DNA of 64,000 nt from Bacteroidota bacterium (lineage in GTDB: Bacteria > Bacteroidota > Bacteroidia > Flavobacteriales_D > Crocinitomicaceae), in the NCBI GenBank assembly GCA_039798485.1, contig JBDKGB010000027.1:1240-65239 (forward strand), read 5' to 3'. Numbering within the stretch: position 1 is the first letter of the stretch; each line of letters starts with the position of its first letter. Both the position numbers and the translations under genes were made by a program. The notes below the pieces were generated by a model. That model searched no databases. It saw only the letters and a list, made by a program, of their open reading frames with translations, and was not told the DNA's origin. This document shows positions 10,433-20,835 of the stretch, in pieces.

Positions 10433-12297
10433 ACCGCATCAACATCTGAAGCAGCAATGTGCTCAGCGAAGAACACCATTTTGGCACTAAACCCTTCGTT
10501 GGCAGCAGATTTGAACTCTAACTTTCCTTTGAAAGAGAAGGTACGTTCTTCGATGCTATTCAAACCAACACCTTTTCGTAAGCGCTTGGCCTCTACACCT
10601 TGGCCATTGTCTTGATAAAATGCGTTGAATTTACCATCGGCAATAGAAATGCCTAAACGCGCTTCAGAAGCATTCGCATATTTCAACGTGTTGTTGGTTA
10701 ATTCTTGAGCGATGCGGTAAAAGTTGATGCTGAATCCGGCATCGAGCATGAGTTCTTCTGGTGCTTCGAGAATAAAGCGCACGCCATCTTGAGAATTGTT
10801 GAGTTTATCAAAATAGGAACGCAAGCTTGCGCTAAGGCCAGATATTTTTAATTCTGAAGGGTACAAATCTCTGCAGATGCGACGTAAGTCGTCAATGGCA
10901 GTTTTCGTTGTGTCCGACAAGAGCACCAAGTTTGAATTGGACGGATCTTTTTCCGCCTCATGGCCAAGCAACAAGTTCATTACCGTAAGTGTGCCGCCCA
11001 TGCTGTCGTGAAGCTCGCGGGACACACGTAATTTTTCATTTTCTGCCGATTGCAAGGCCGCACGATTGAGCGCAGCTTTTCGTTCCCGTTTCTCTTTTTT
11101 CCGTCGTGCATTAATCAAGAAATAAGCAAAAATGCTGAGAGATATAAAGGACACAAGTATGATGTAAATCCAGTTTTGCAAACGCAGGTTACTCACTTCC
11201 GTGCGTTTCTTGGAGAGTTTTAGGTCATTGATCAGTTTTGTTCTTTTGAGATCGTCATAGCGTTCTTGACTCTCGATAACAGCTTCACTCTGTTCGGCGT
11301 TGAGTCGCTTTAGCACTTGTTGGGCATATTTCGCATAATAGTCGCGACTCAACCGGTACTTACCTTCATGGTAGTAATAATCACTGAGGGAGAGATTCAG
11401 TTCTGGCATCATTTCATAGCCAACGAGTTCATTGGCATACAGCGCAATTGCTTTGTCTAAATACTCCTTGGCTTTGTCCCACTCTTCAGTTTCAATGAAT
11501 ATGGCTGCTAGATTGTTGTAAGATGAGACCGTACCTTCAAAATCGCCTTTAGACAAGAAAATTGTTGAACATTGTAAAAAGTACTCTTTCGCTTTCTGAT
11601 ATTCTTTGAGCGCCAAATACGCTGCAGCAATATTATTCAGGACATTCCCTAACTTTTCGTAATCCGTAGGATGAATGTACTTTAGGGACTTTTGATACAG
11701 TTGAATCGCTCTGAGCACATTGTTTCGGTTACCTTTCCCGTAAGCGATGGTACCTTGACCATTCAGCGCAGATGAGATAAGTGAAGAATCTTTCAGTCCT
11801 AAAGCTGATCTGTATGTTTTTGAAAAATAGCGCATTGCATAGGATGTATTTCCCAGATACTTATGCGCATTCCCTAACATTAGAAAAGCCTTTGCTTCCG
11901 TTTCTTGATCTCTCTCCTTGATTAAAATTAGTTTGTGTAAAACAGCAACAGCTGATTCCATGTCTTCTCTCAAATAATGAACAATCGCTATTTCAAGAAG
12001 AATTTGAGCTCTGTATTTATCCGCACCATCTTTCGAGAGCGCTTTTTTTCCATACTCCAGGGCCGAAGCATATCGAGCATTTAGACGCAAAGATTTCATT
12101 TTCAACGCATCGAACTCACAAAGCTCTTCACATACATTCGAGTAACAGGTCTCCTCGAAACGATAAATCAATTGACTGGCATCATCATTTTGCTCAAAAG
12201 CTGCTTCCATTTTTAGAAGCAGCTGATCACATGAGCTTTGACTTAAACAAATTTGAGTTAAGCAAAGAAATAAAATGATTGAGGCAATTCTTTTCAA
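10429..12297 (-). CDS. TPR-repeat sensor histidine kinase (HisKA_3 / HATPase_c)
   Basis: Signal peptide, about 350 aa of TPR-like repeats, one TM helix (IYIILVSFISLSIFAYFLI), the H-box RVSRELHDSMGG, and C-terminal N/G boxes. Confidence 0.8.
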   Translation of the reverse strand: MKRIASIILFLCLTQICLSQSSCDQLLLKMEAAFEQNDDASQLIYRFEETCYSNVCEELCEFDALKMKSLRLNARYASALEYGKKALSKDGADKYRAQILLEIAIVHYLREDMESAVAVLHKLILIKERDQETEAKAFLMLGNAHKYLGNTSYAMRYFSKTYRSALGLKDSSLISSALNGQGTIAYGKGNRNNVLRAIQLYQKSLKYIHPTDYEKLGNVLNNIAAAYLALKEYQKAKEYFLQCSTIFLSKGDFEGTVSSYNNLAAIFIETEEWDKAKEYLDKAIALYANELVGYEMMPELNLSLSDYYYHEGKYRLSRDYYAKYAQQVLKRLNAEQSEAVIESQERYDDLKRTKLINDLKLSKKRTEVSNLRLQNWIYIILVSFISLSIFAYFLINARRKKEKRERKAALNRAALQSAENEKLRVSRELHDSMGGTLTVMNLLLGHEAEKDPSNSNLVLLSDTTKTAIDDLRRICRDLYPSELKISGLSASLRSYFDKLNNSQDGVRFILEAPEELMLDAGFSINFYRIAQELTNNTLKYANASEARLGISIADGKFNAFYQDNGQGVEAKRLRKGVGLNSIEERTFSFKGKLEFKSAANEGFSAKMVFFAEHIAASDVDAV

Positions 12298-12624
12298 TTA
12301 TGGAATGTTAACGCGTATGATCACGCGTGGGTTAGGCTTTACCGTTGCACAGTTCAATTCAACAAATTCATAAACTCCACCACTTAAGAACGGAGGATTT
12401 TGTAAAGTTATCGTTGCTGGTGACGCGCCGTTTGTTGGATCGACGGAGCCCGAAACTAAAATTCCTTTCGGAGTTCCTGCATAGATGCTTGCCGACGTTA
12501 ACGTCAATTTTTGAGGTGTCCCATTAATGGTTAATGTTAACGTAAGCTTTCTGTTTCCGTCATAAGCTACTTTCAAAACAACCGTATCACCATTAATGGT
12601 GTTGGTTTGCACAGATTCTGTCAT
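12298..12624 (-). CDS. Hypothetical small beta-rich protein, abutting the TPR kinase start
   Basis: ORF 12298..12651 starts at a TTG; the first ATG is at 12624 (MTESVQTN...). Its stop codon is immediately adjacent to the kinase start at 12297. I recognise no family. Confidence 0.45.
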   Translation of the reverse strand: MTESVQTNTINGDTVVLKVAYDGNRKLTLTLTINGTPQKLTLTSASIYAGTPKGILVSGSVDPTNGASPATITLQNPPFLSGGVYEFVELNCATVKPNPRVIIRVNIP

Positions 12625-12735
12625 AGTATAGTCTTTAAAGTTAGTACTCAAAAATACACTTTACATCGTTCATTTTAATGATTTTAAAAAATAAAATTTT
12701 CAATATTCTAGTTCAAAATATCTATTTAAATTGCT

Positions 12736-13755
12736 TCAATCACTAAAAAACAATCTAAAACTACATTTATCTGCAGAAACCTGTTCTTCACTAAATTTCC
12801 CTCCAATATTTTGGATACTTTCTCGGACCTTTGTCGCATCTCGTTTTTGACGCGACATGGAAATTCCGTTTTCCATATAATGCAACTCAACCCCATGTTT
12901 CATTTTTCTTAACGACACTTCGACCTCTATGGCATCTGAGAAACTCAAGGTATTTTTCACAAGCAACTCAACACTTCGGTAAAGAACAATTTGAAAATCT
13001 TTATCACATTCAAAATCATCGGCTTTCATGAAAAAAGTAAGGCGTTTATTTTCCTTATTCGTTCGCCGGAGCAATGCGTTTAGACTTTCGATACAACCCT
13101 CCGTGTTGATTTCACGAGGATACAGATCGTCACTCAATTTCCGGATTTCTTGTATGGCGTTCTTGGAGGAATTTTTAAGTTCTGTCAAGCGCAGATTTTC
13201 TGGAGATTGGTCGTATTCATGAACAGCCATCATGTGGATGATCGACAAGGTGGATTGAAAATCGTCGTGCAATTCGCGCGAAAAACGCAACTTTTCTTGT
13301 TCCCTGGCCGCAAATGATGCTCTACGAAATTGCAATGACCGTTTTTCATGCTCAACTCTCCGCCGATACAGTAGGAAAGCTAAAAGCCCAATTGACGTTA
13401 GCACCACCCACAAACTTGTCAAAAGTAGATTGTTCTGCAATTTCAAGGCGATAGCTCGGTGCTCATTGTTGGATATGCGCAGTCTTCCGAGGTGAAGCTC
13501 TTTGTGCTCAACTTCATAGATCTCCTGAATTTTCTGCCGTGCATCGTCATTCTCTTTCTGAATCGTTTTAATTTTCTTGGCAACAAGTGCCCGATAAATG
13601 TCTGCACGATGGCGATCATCTCTCCCCCCTACATTCGATTCCAATACCTTTGAAACGACCACAGAACTTAGGTCTTGCATTGGCACCAGCGTATCTGTTG
13701 CCCGAAGTAGCACGGAACAAAAAATAAAAACGATGACACAATGCACTCGAAACAT
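12736..13755 (-). CDS. Sensor histidine kinase (HisKA_3 type), short form
   Basis: Signal/TM segment, a second TM helix (LLLTSLWVVLTSIGLLAFLLY), and the H-box RFSRELHDDFQSTLS. Confidence 0.7.
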   Translation of the reverse strand: MFRVHCVIVFIFCSVLLRATDTLVPMQDLSSVVVSKVLESNVGGRDDRHRADIYRALVAKKIKTIQKENDDARQKIQEIYEVEHKELHLGRLRISNNEHRAIALKLQNNLLLTSLWVVLTSIGLLAFLLYRRRVEHEKRSLQFRRASFAAREQEKLRFSRELHDDFQSTLSIIHMMAVHEYDQSPENLRLTELKNSSKNAIQEIRKLSDDLYPREINTEGCIESLNALLRRTNKENKRLTFFMKADDFECDKDFQIVLYRSVELLVKNTLSFSDAIEVEVSLRKMKHGVELHYMENGISMSRQKRDATKVRESIQNIGGKFSEEQVSADKCSFRLFFSD

Positions 13756-13951
13756 TTTTTTAAGAATAGTAGATTAGTAGGTATGTAAAATGATGGAAAA
13801 CATACCCCATCATCACATTAGTTAATTTTAACCGATTGACAATCAATACCCAAGCACGATAAGCTTGAAACTCTTGTCAACGGCAGCTAAATTTCAATTC
13901 TGAAAATACACAAAATCAGGCTTACAGCCTAATTTAATGTTCAGAACAATT

Positions 13952-15430
13952 TTAGTGTTTGATCAGGTCTGTAGTGATTTTTGCAGAAAGCAAACAAAGC
14001 GGAATACTCGGCCCTGGGTGAACACTTCCTCCGCAGAAATAAAGCCCTTTTATGGTCTTCGAAAAATTCGGGTGTCGCATGAATGCCGCAAATTTATTGT
14101 TAGAACTATTGCCGTAGATTGCCCCAAATGCGGATGACGTTCTATGTTCAATCACCCTCGGATCAAACACCATTTCGCATTCTATCAAGGAACGCAAATC
14201 TGTACCCAACATGCGGTCTACTTTACGGATGATGGCTTCGCGCGCTTGGTCGATGAACGCGTCCCAATCTTGTCCTTGGTTGTTTGGGACATTGACAAAA
14301 GCAAACCAGTTCTCGCAACCCTCTGGAGCATCTTGCGGGGAATGCTTTGCAGTGATATTCACATAAATTGTTGGATCGTGGTAGATCTCCTTCTTTTCGA
14401 AAATCGTATCAAATTCTGCTTTATAATCTTCCGCAAACAAAATATTGTGCAAGGTCAATTGATCGAACTTCCCTTTGATTCCCCAATAAAAGATTATCCC
14501 GGAGCTTGACTTGGGTTGATCTAAGGTTCGCTTCGGTTTTTTCGCCGTGGGAATGAGTTTATGGTAGGTATTGTACACATCCATGTTGGAAATCACAAGA
14601 TCGAATGCATGTGAACCTTTGTCTGTGCGCACTCCAGCTGCACGCTTATTTTCAAGTAAAATTTCACGCACTGGAGTGGAATAACTAAACTCAACCCCTA
14701 TGTCTTTGGCTAACTTTTCAAGGGCCTTGGTGATAGAGACCATTCCGCCTTCAGGATAGTAAGCACCGCGCTCTATTTCAACGTGAGAAATGACATTTAA
14801 TGTTGCAGGAGCCAAGTAAGGGCTTGAACCATTGTACGTTGAGTAGCGATTGAACACTTGCACCAACCGAGGATCCTTAAAGGCCTTTTCATTGGCGCCA
14901 TTCATCGTATCGAAAGCACCAATTTTTCCAAAATTCAGAATTCCCTTTGCGACAGCTTTCGTGAAAAAATTCTTAGGCACGTGCAAGGAATTGTGCAAGA
15001 ACACCTCATCTGTTAGATTGTACATTTCCTCGGTTTTCTCGAGGTACTTGAAGATAACCTCTTTTGAATCTAGTGAACCTTCGGCCATCGATTGGGCATA
15101 CGCTTCCTTGCCATTTACGCCTTCGAGGGTTGAGCCGTCTTCAAAGAAATAGCGGTAAACAGGGTCAAGTCGTTCGTAGCGAAAATAATCTCGTGGATTC
15201 TTCCCACAAAGTGTAAACAATTCGTCAGCAAACTGAGGCATCGTAAAAACAGATGGGCCCATATCGAAGCGATATCCTTGATTGCTTTCGCTGGATAATT
15301 TTCCGCCTGGAAATGCATTTGCTTCGAATACAGTGACACGATACCCCTTGTTTCTCATGCGTATTGATGCGGCCAATCCAGAAACTCCTGAACCAATTAC
15401 CGCACAACTTTTCCCATTTTCCATTTCCAT
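13952..15430 (-). CDS. Phytoene desaturase family protein (CrtI/CrtD-like FAD oxidoreductase)
   Basis: N-terminal FAD fold VIGSGVSGLAASIRM...FEANAFPGGK, length 492 aa, and C-terminal YFCGGSVHPGPSIP as seen in CrtI-family enzymes. Confidence 0.8.
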   Translation of the reverse strand: MEMENGKSCAVIGSGVSGLAASIRMRNKGYRVTVFEANAFPGGKLSSESNQGYRFDMGPSVFTMPQFADELFTLCGKNPRDYFRYERLDPVYRYFFEDGSTLEGVNGKEAYAQSMAEGSLDSKEVIFKYLEKTEEMYNLTDEVFLHNSLHVPKNFFTKAVAKGILNFGKIGAFDTMNGANEKAFKDPRLVQVFNRYSTYNGSSPYLAPATLNVISHVEIERGAYYPEGGMVSITKALEKLAKDIGVEFSYSTPVREILLENKRAAGVRTDKGSHAFDLVISNMDVYNTYHKLIPTAKKPKRTLDQPKSSSGIIFYWGIKGKFDQLTLHNILFAEDYKAEFDTIFEKKEIYHDPTIYVNITAKHSPQDAPEGCENWFAFVNVPNNQGQDWDAFIDQAREAIIRKVDRMLGTDLRSLIECEMVFDPRVIEHRTSSAFGAIYGNSSNNKFAAFMRHPNFSKTIKGLYFCGGSVHPGPSIPLCLLSAKITTDLIKH

Positions 15431-15498
15431 TTTTTATCCTTTATGCTCGTTATGTATAAAAAACGAACCTGAAAAAAGTTCCATTTGAATGCAACAAT

Positions 15499-17550
15499 CT
15501 ATTTCGATTGATCTAGTTTTCGCACCATGGTCAAGATCGTTGCGAGGGCAACAGTCTCCCCTGTTTCGTCATAGACATCGACCAAGAATTTCACAATTCC
15601 TTTAGCGATATCGTCATCTGAACGTTTTTCTTGATCGACTTTTTCTTTCACTGTAAACCGAACACCAAGTGTTGCTCCCGGATAAACAGGTTTCGTAAAA
15701 CGTGCTTCATCGAGTCCATAGTTTAACAAAACGGGACCTTTCTTCGGGTCAACAAACAATCCTGCGGCCTTTGACAACACGAAATAACCATGTGCAACGC
15801 GTCGTTCGAAAATCGTTCCTTCCAAGGATGTTGCATCCATGTGGGCATAGAAATTATCTCCAGAAACATTTGCAAAATTCACAATATCGGCATCTGTCAC
15901 CGTGTGTTTATGTGTAAATACCGTTTCGCCAACGACCAATTCTTCGAAGTGCTTTCTGAACACATGAGGATTGGCCTCTGGCATTTCAGCACCCACTTGG
16001 AACTGTTGTGTAATTTTCGTAATTGTGGTTGGGTGACCTTGAATTGCGGTGCGTTGCAGATAATGCAGCACTCCACGTTTTCCACCCATCTCTTCTCCTC
16101 CACCTGCTCGTCCAGGACCGCCATGTGTAAGCAAAGGCATCGGCGAACCGTGTCCAGTACTTTCCTTCGCACAGTCTTTATTCAAGACCAAAATTCGTCC
16201 GTGCATGCTCGCGGCATTTACCACATAGTCCATGGCTTCTTCATCACTCGGCGTAACAATGGATGATACCAACGAACCTTTCCCCATTTTCGCCAATTGG
16301 ATGGCTTCATCCAAATTTCGATAAGGCATGATCGTGGCAACCGGACCAAAAGCTTCGATATCGTGCACATCCGTTTGGTTGAATGGGTCGTTGTTGCGGA
16401 ATAAAATCGGCGAGAAGAACGCTCCCATCGCAGGATCGGCACCTATGACATCACATTCATTGATATCACCATACACGATTGATTGTGATTTTGCCAAAAG
16501 TTCAACATTGGCACGCACCCGCTCCACTTGAAGACGCGATGCCAAGGCCCCCATGCGCACACCTTCAACCGATGGATCACCAATTTTGGTACTTGCCAAT
16601 CGTGCTGCAATTGCTTTTTCGACCTCATCAATGCGATCGTCAGGGACAATGATTCGACGTACAGCGGTACATTTCTGACCGGCTTTGATCGTAATTTCTT
16701 TCACCGTTTCTTTGATGAATAAATCAAACTCTACTGTTCCGAGCTCTGCTTTTTCGCCTAATATTGTCGCATTGAGTGAATCTGCTTCTAAATTGAAAGC
16801 AACACTTTCAGCTGCGATTCTTGGATGAGCCTTCAACATTTTTCCTGTTGCGGCACTTCCTGTAAAGGTCACAACGTCTTCTGAAGATACATGTTCTATG
16901 ATGCCACGTCCAAGTCCACAAATCAACTGCAACGCTCCTTCAGGCAATATTTTAGAATCAATGATGTCGCGTACCACAACCTCTGTTAAGAAACAGGTAT
17001 ATTCCGATGGTTTCACAATCGCAGGTACTCCCGCCATAAGGTTGACAGCAATTTTTTCTAACATTCCCCAAACTGGAAAATTAAAGGCATTAATATGAAT
17101 GGCAACACCCTCGCGTGGCACCATGATGTGGTGACCGATAAATGTCCCATTCTTCGATAGAGGTGCGGCAACACCATCTACGTAATAGGGAAGATCAGGA
17201 AATTGTCGACGCAACGAAGCGTTTGAAAACAAGTTACCTATCCCACCCTCGATATCAATCCAAGAATCCACACGAGTAGCGCCTGTCCATGCACTCACCT
17301 GGTAATATTTTTCTTTTTTTTCCATGAGGTGCAACGCCAATGCTTTGAGCATTCTGCCTCGTTCTTGAAACGTCATCTTGCGCAATGCAAAGCCACCTGT
17401 GCTTTTACCGTAGGTTGAAATTGCTGCGAAATCCAGACCAGCGCTCGATACTTCACCAAGTTTTTGACCGTTGATCGCATTGAACAATTCTGTTTCCACA
17501 CCTGCCCCATCGATCCATTGACCAAGGACATAATTTTGATACCGTTGCAT
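15499..17550 (-). CDS. paaZ: Bifunctional aldehyde dehydrogenase / MaoC-type hydratase, PaaZ-like
   Basis: 683 aa. The N-terminal aldehyde dehydrogenase region includes KAGQKCTAV; the C-terminal region is a hot-dog (MaoC) fold including YAHMD. Length and architecture match PaaZ. Confidence 0.8.
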   Translation of the reverse strand: MQRYQNYVLGQWIDGAGVETELFNAINGQKLGEVSSAGLDFAAISTYGKSTGGFALRKMTFQERGRMLKALALHLMEKKEKYYQVSAWTGATRVDSWIDIEGGIGNLFSNASLRRQFPDLPYYVDGVAAPLSKNGTFIGHHIMVPREGVAIHINAFNFPVWGMLEKIAVNLMAGVPAIVKPSEYTCFLTEVVVRDIIDSKILPEGALQLICGLGRGIIEHVSSEDVVTFTGSAATGKMLKAHPRIAAESVAFNLEADSLNATILGEKAELGTVEFDLFIKETVKEITIKAGQKCTAVRRIIVPDDRIDEVEKAIAARLASTKIGDPSVEGVRMGALASRLQVERVRANVELLAKSQSIVYGDINECDVIGADPAMGAFFSPILFRNNDPFNQTDVHDIEAFGPVATIMPYRNLDEAIQLAKMGKGSLVSSIVTPSDEEAMDYVVNAASMHGRILVLNKDCAKESTGHGSPMPLLTHGGPGRAGGGEEMGGKRGVLHYLQRTAIQGHPTTITKITQQFQVGAEMPEANPHVFRKHFEELVVGETVFTHKHTVTDADIVNFANVSGDNFYAHMDATSLEGTIFERRVAHGYFVLSKAAGLFVDPKKGPVLLNYGLDEARFTKPVYPGATLGVRFTVKEKVDQEKRSDDDIAKGIVKFLVDVYDETGETVALATILTMVRKLDQSK

Positions 17551-17808
17551 TTTCTAGAAATTAAAGCCTAAAAATAAAGAATGTCGTGGAATTTAAGGGT
17601 ATAAAGGTTGTGAATAAACGCAGCATTGGTCCTTGTGTGTCAGCAGTTAGATTCGTTTTTTCATTTTACCGAGGAAGCTCAGCGGATTGGATTGAAATTT
17701 TCAACCTGTGATGTTGACTACAAGCCTCAGTGCTAAGCGCATCTTCAAAAAAAATAATTGAACGTATCTAGCTGAAAGTTTATAATTTAAGGCCACATAT
17801 CATCGACA

Positions 17809-19629
17809 ATGAATCGAATCACCCTCCTACTCTTTTGTTTATTCAGCTTGTTCGGGCAAAGTCAGAACGACTTAAATAACCTGATTAAAGATGGGTTTAA
17901 TGAAAAACTTCAACCGAAAACACGCATAAAATCATTGCACTCTGCAGCAGAATTGATGACCAACTCCAATCCGGACAGCTCATATATTTTGTTGGATACC
18001 GCCATTGCACTACTTTCAAACAAGAATAACTCTGCCTTTTTACAAGCCAATCATTTGATCCGTGCGAAAACACTTCTCATTCAAGGTGTTTATCCGAAAG
18101 CCTTAGATTTTGCGCAGAAATCACTTGTTCTTTCTGAAAAACTGCAAAACAAGCAATTCATTTCGGACTGCTACAGTGTCATTGGACAAATTTACGAGCG
18201 TCAAGAGAAAAATACGAAAGCAGCAGATTTCCATAAAAAAGGGTTGAAAATTAACCGAGCTTTGAGGGATTCATTGCGCATTTCTACCTCCCTCAGTTTG
18301 CTCGGAAATATCTATGGTGCGACAAAACAATATCAAGCAGCACTTCAATCGTATCGGGAAAGTCTGAGCTTTATCGACATCAAGAAAAATCCAGAACAAG
18401 CGGGTGTAGCCTATGGCAACATAGGCTATGTCTATTATGAACAAGGTGTTGCGGCATTGAAGGAAAAATCTACAAAATCAGCACGCTATTTTTCATTGGC
18501 CCTTGATGCTACAGAGAAAGCCAAAGCGATCTTTTTATCGATGAACAATAGGCGATTTCAAATCATTGCTGAATTGAACATCGGCTTGGTTTACAACGAA
18601 CTTAAGGACTACAACACGGCAAAAAAGTGGTGTTATTCAGCCTATCAAACGGCAACTGAATTGAAGGTTCCTCCCTTAGAAAGAGATGCCTGCGATTGTC
18701 TCTACAAAAGCAATAAAGCGCTCGGCAACAACAAGGAAGCTTTGAGCTATTTTGAAATGTATAAATCGCTCAACGACTCGATCGAAAATCTTGACAATGA
18801 GCGCGCAATGGTTGAGAAGGAACTAAATTTCAGCTATGAAAAGGAGCAACTCGCAGACAGTTTGAAGTATGCACAAAAAGAAATTGTTACAGCATCACGC
18901 ATTCAAAAACAGCAGGTGGGATTGATTTCGGCAGGAGGTATTTTGTTACTGATCATCGTATTGATGATTGTTGTTGTTCGAAGCAAGAAACGGTCGGATG
19001 AACTTTTGCTCAACATCCTACCTTATGAAACAGCACAAGAACTCAAGCAAAAAGGTCAGGCAGAAACAAAAAACTTCGACAGTGTCACTGTCTTATTTAC
19101 AGATTTCAAAGGTTTTACTACAATATCAGAAACGCTTTCACCGAAAGAACTGATTACTGAGATCGACACTTGCTTCAAAGGCATTGACCGCATTATGGAA
19201 AAGTACGGCATTGAAAAAATAAAAACGATTGGCGATGCTTATATGGCAGCAGGTGGACTTCCCAAAGAAAACATGTCGCATCCGATTGATGTCGTTATGG
19301 CCGCTGAGGAAATCTTGGTTTTCATGGACCAACTCAAGCAAGAACGCATCCACAAAAATTTGCCATATTTTGAAATCCGTGTTGGCATCCACACAGGCCC
19401 TGTGATTGCTGGGATTGTTGGTATCAAGAAATTCTCTTATGATATTTGGGGAGACACGGTCAACACAGCGTCGCGCATGGAAAGTAGCGGTGAAGTGAAT
19501 CGAATCAACCTGTCTGGAGCAACCTACGCATTGATAAAGGACCAGTATGCCTGCGAGTACCGAGGAAAGGTAGAAGCGAAAAACAAAGGAAAAATAGACA
19601 TGTACTTTCTCGAAAAGAGACTCAGTTAA
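17809..19629 (+). CDS. TPR-repeat, membrane-anchored class III adenylate/guanylate cyclase
   Basis: Signal peptide, TPR-like repeats, one TM helix (GLISAGGILLLIIVLMIVVV), then the cyclase motifs VTVLFTDFKGFT, KTIGDAYMAAGG, RVGIHTGPVIAGIVG and WGDTVNTASRMES. Confidence 0.85.
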   Translation: MNRITLLLFCLFSLFGQSQNDLNNLIKDGFNEKLQPKTRIKSLHSAAELMTNSNPDSSYILLDTAIALLSNKNNSAFLQANHLIRAKTLLIQGVYPKALDFAQKSLVLSEKLQNKQFISDCYSVIGQIYERQEKNTKAADFHKKGLKINRALRDSLRISTSLSLLGNIYGATKQYQAALQSYRESLSFIDIKKNPEQAGVAYGNIGYVYYEQGVAALKEKSTKSARYFSLALDATEKAKAIFLSMNNRRFQIIAELNIGLVYNELKDYNTAKKWCYSAYQTATELKVPPLERDACDCLYKSNKALGNNKEALSYFEMYKSLNDSIENLDNERAMVEKELNFSYEKEQLADSLKYAQKEIVTASRIQKQQVGLISAGGILLLIIVLMIVVVRSKKRSDELLLNILPYETAQELKQKGQAETKNFDSVTVLFTDFKGFTTISETLSPKELITEIDTCFKGIDRIMEKYGIEKIKTIGDAYMAAGGLPKENMSHPIDVVMAAEEILVFMDQLKQERIHKNLPYFEIRVGIHTGPVIAGIVGIKKFSYDIWGDTVNTASRMESSGEVNRINLSGATYALIKDQYACEYRGKVEAKNKGKIDMYFLEKRLS

Positions 19630-19637
19630 ATCTTCTT

Positions 19638-20630
19638 CTAAACAAAAATAAACTCTTCTTCGTGACTGCTAATGTAGTCGAGCAATTCCATGACTTCATT
19701 CAAATCGGTTGATGTTACCAGTTTCATTCTGAATTCCTTGAAATGTGAAATCCCCTTAAAATAATTGGTGTAATGGCGCTTCATTTCTGCAATGCCCAAC
19801 ACTTCACCTTTCCAGTTCACTGACATTTGAAGGTGATCACGCGCTGCCTCTACGCGTTCTTTCAAACCAGGCGCTGCCATATGCGTACCTGTGGCCATAA
19901 AATGTTTTATTTCATTAAAGATCCACGGATATCCAATACTCGCACGACCTATCATGATGCCATCAACACCATAGCGCTGACGGTATTCTACGGCTTTTTC
20001 TGGTGTGTCAATGTCTCCGTTTCCAAACACTGGAATGCGCATGCGTTGGTTGTTCTTGACCTCTCCAATTAATGTCCAATCCGCATCGCCCTTGTACATT
20101 TGCTTGCGTGTACGACCGTGAATGGAAATGGCTTCTATACCAATGTCTTGCAAGCGTTCAGCGGTTTCTACAATGTACTTGGTGTCATCGTCCCATCCAA
20201 GTCGTGTTTTCACGGTGACAGGAAGGTTGGTGGCTTTCACAATTTCCTGAGTCATGCGCACCATCTTTGGGATGTCTTGCAAAATTCCCGCTCCTGCGCC
20301 CTTGCACGCCACCTTCTTTACCGGACACCCATAGTTGATGTCGATGATGTCGGGATTGACCTTTTCAATGATCTCAGCGGCTTGCTTCATGCTCTCGATT
20401 TCCGATCCAAAGATTTGAATCCCCACCGGCCGCTCGTATTCAAAAATATCCAATTTCTGAACACTCTTTGCGGCGTCACGAATGAGTCCTTCGGAGGAGA
20501 TAAATTCCGTGTACATCAAGTCGGCACCATTTTTCTTGCACAGCGCACGAAATGGCGGATCACTTACATCCTCCATTGGCGCAAGCAGCAATGGGAATTC
20601 CCCCAATTCGATGTTACGGATTTTTACCAC
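19638..20630 (-). CDS. dusB: tRNA-dihydrouridine synthase B
   Basis: LAPMEDVSDPPFR, INYGCPVKKV and the TIM-barrel Dus motifs. GTG start at 20630. Confidence 0.9.
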   Translation of the reverse strand: MVKIRNIELGEFPLLLAPMEDVSDPPFRALCKKNGADLMYTEFISSEGLIRDAAKSVQKLDIFEYERPVGIQIFGSEIESMKQAAEIIEKVNPDIIDINYGCPVKKVACKGAGAGILQDIPKMVRMTQEIVKATNLPVTVKTRLGWDDDTKYIVETAERLQDIGIEAISIHGRTRKQMYKGDADWTLIGEVKNNQRMRIPVFGNGDIDTPEKAVEYRQRYGVDGIMIGRASIGYPWIFNEIKHFMATGTHMAAPGLKERVEAARDHLQMSVNWKGEVLGIAEMKRHYTNYFKGISHFKEFRMKLVTSTDLNEVMELLDYISSHEEEFIFV

Positions 20631-20651
20631 GGTGCAAAGATAGTGAGGATA

Positions 20652-20715
20652 TTAAGATGTTAAGACATCAAGATTTTAAGATGTTAAGACAAAAGACGCG
20701 TCAGCCGCGGCTGAC
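20652..20715. promoter_or_regulatory. dusB upstream region: 16-bp direct repeat TTAAGATGTTAAGACA x2 (20652..20667, 20676..20691) plus a 16-nt perfect palindrome GTCAGCCGCGGCTGAC (20700..20715)
   Basis: Read directly from the sequence. It lies 20-85 nt upstream of the dusB start on the minus strand. Function unknown. Confidence 0.25.
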
Positions 20716-20835
20716 TGAAATACAAAGGACAAGAGACAAAAGACAAAAGACAAGAGTCTCAACCATACTTCGGGGGCTCCACCTCGGCGGACAAGTGAGG
20801 TTATGCAATTGGAGACAAACGACATAAGGACTAAA

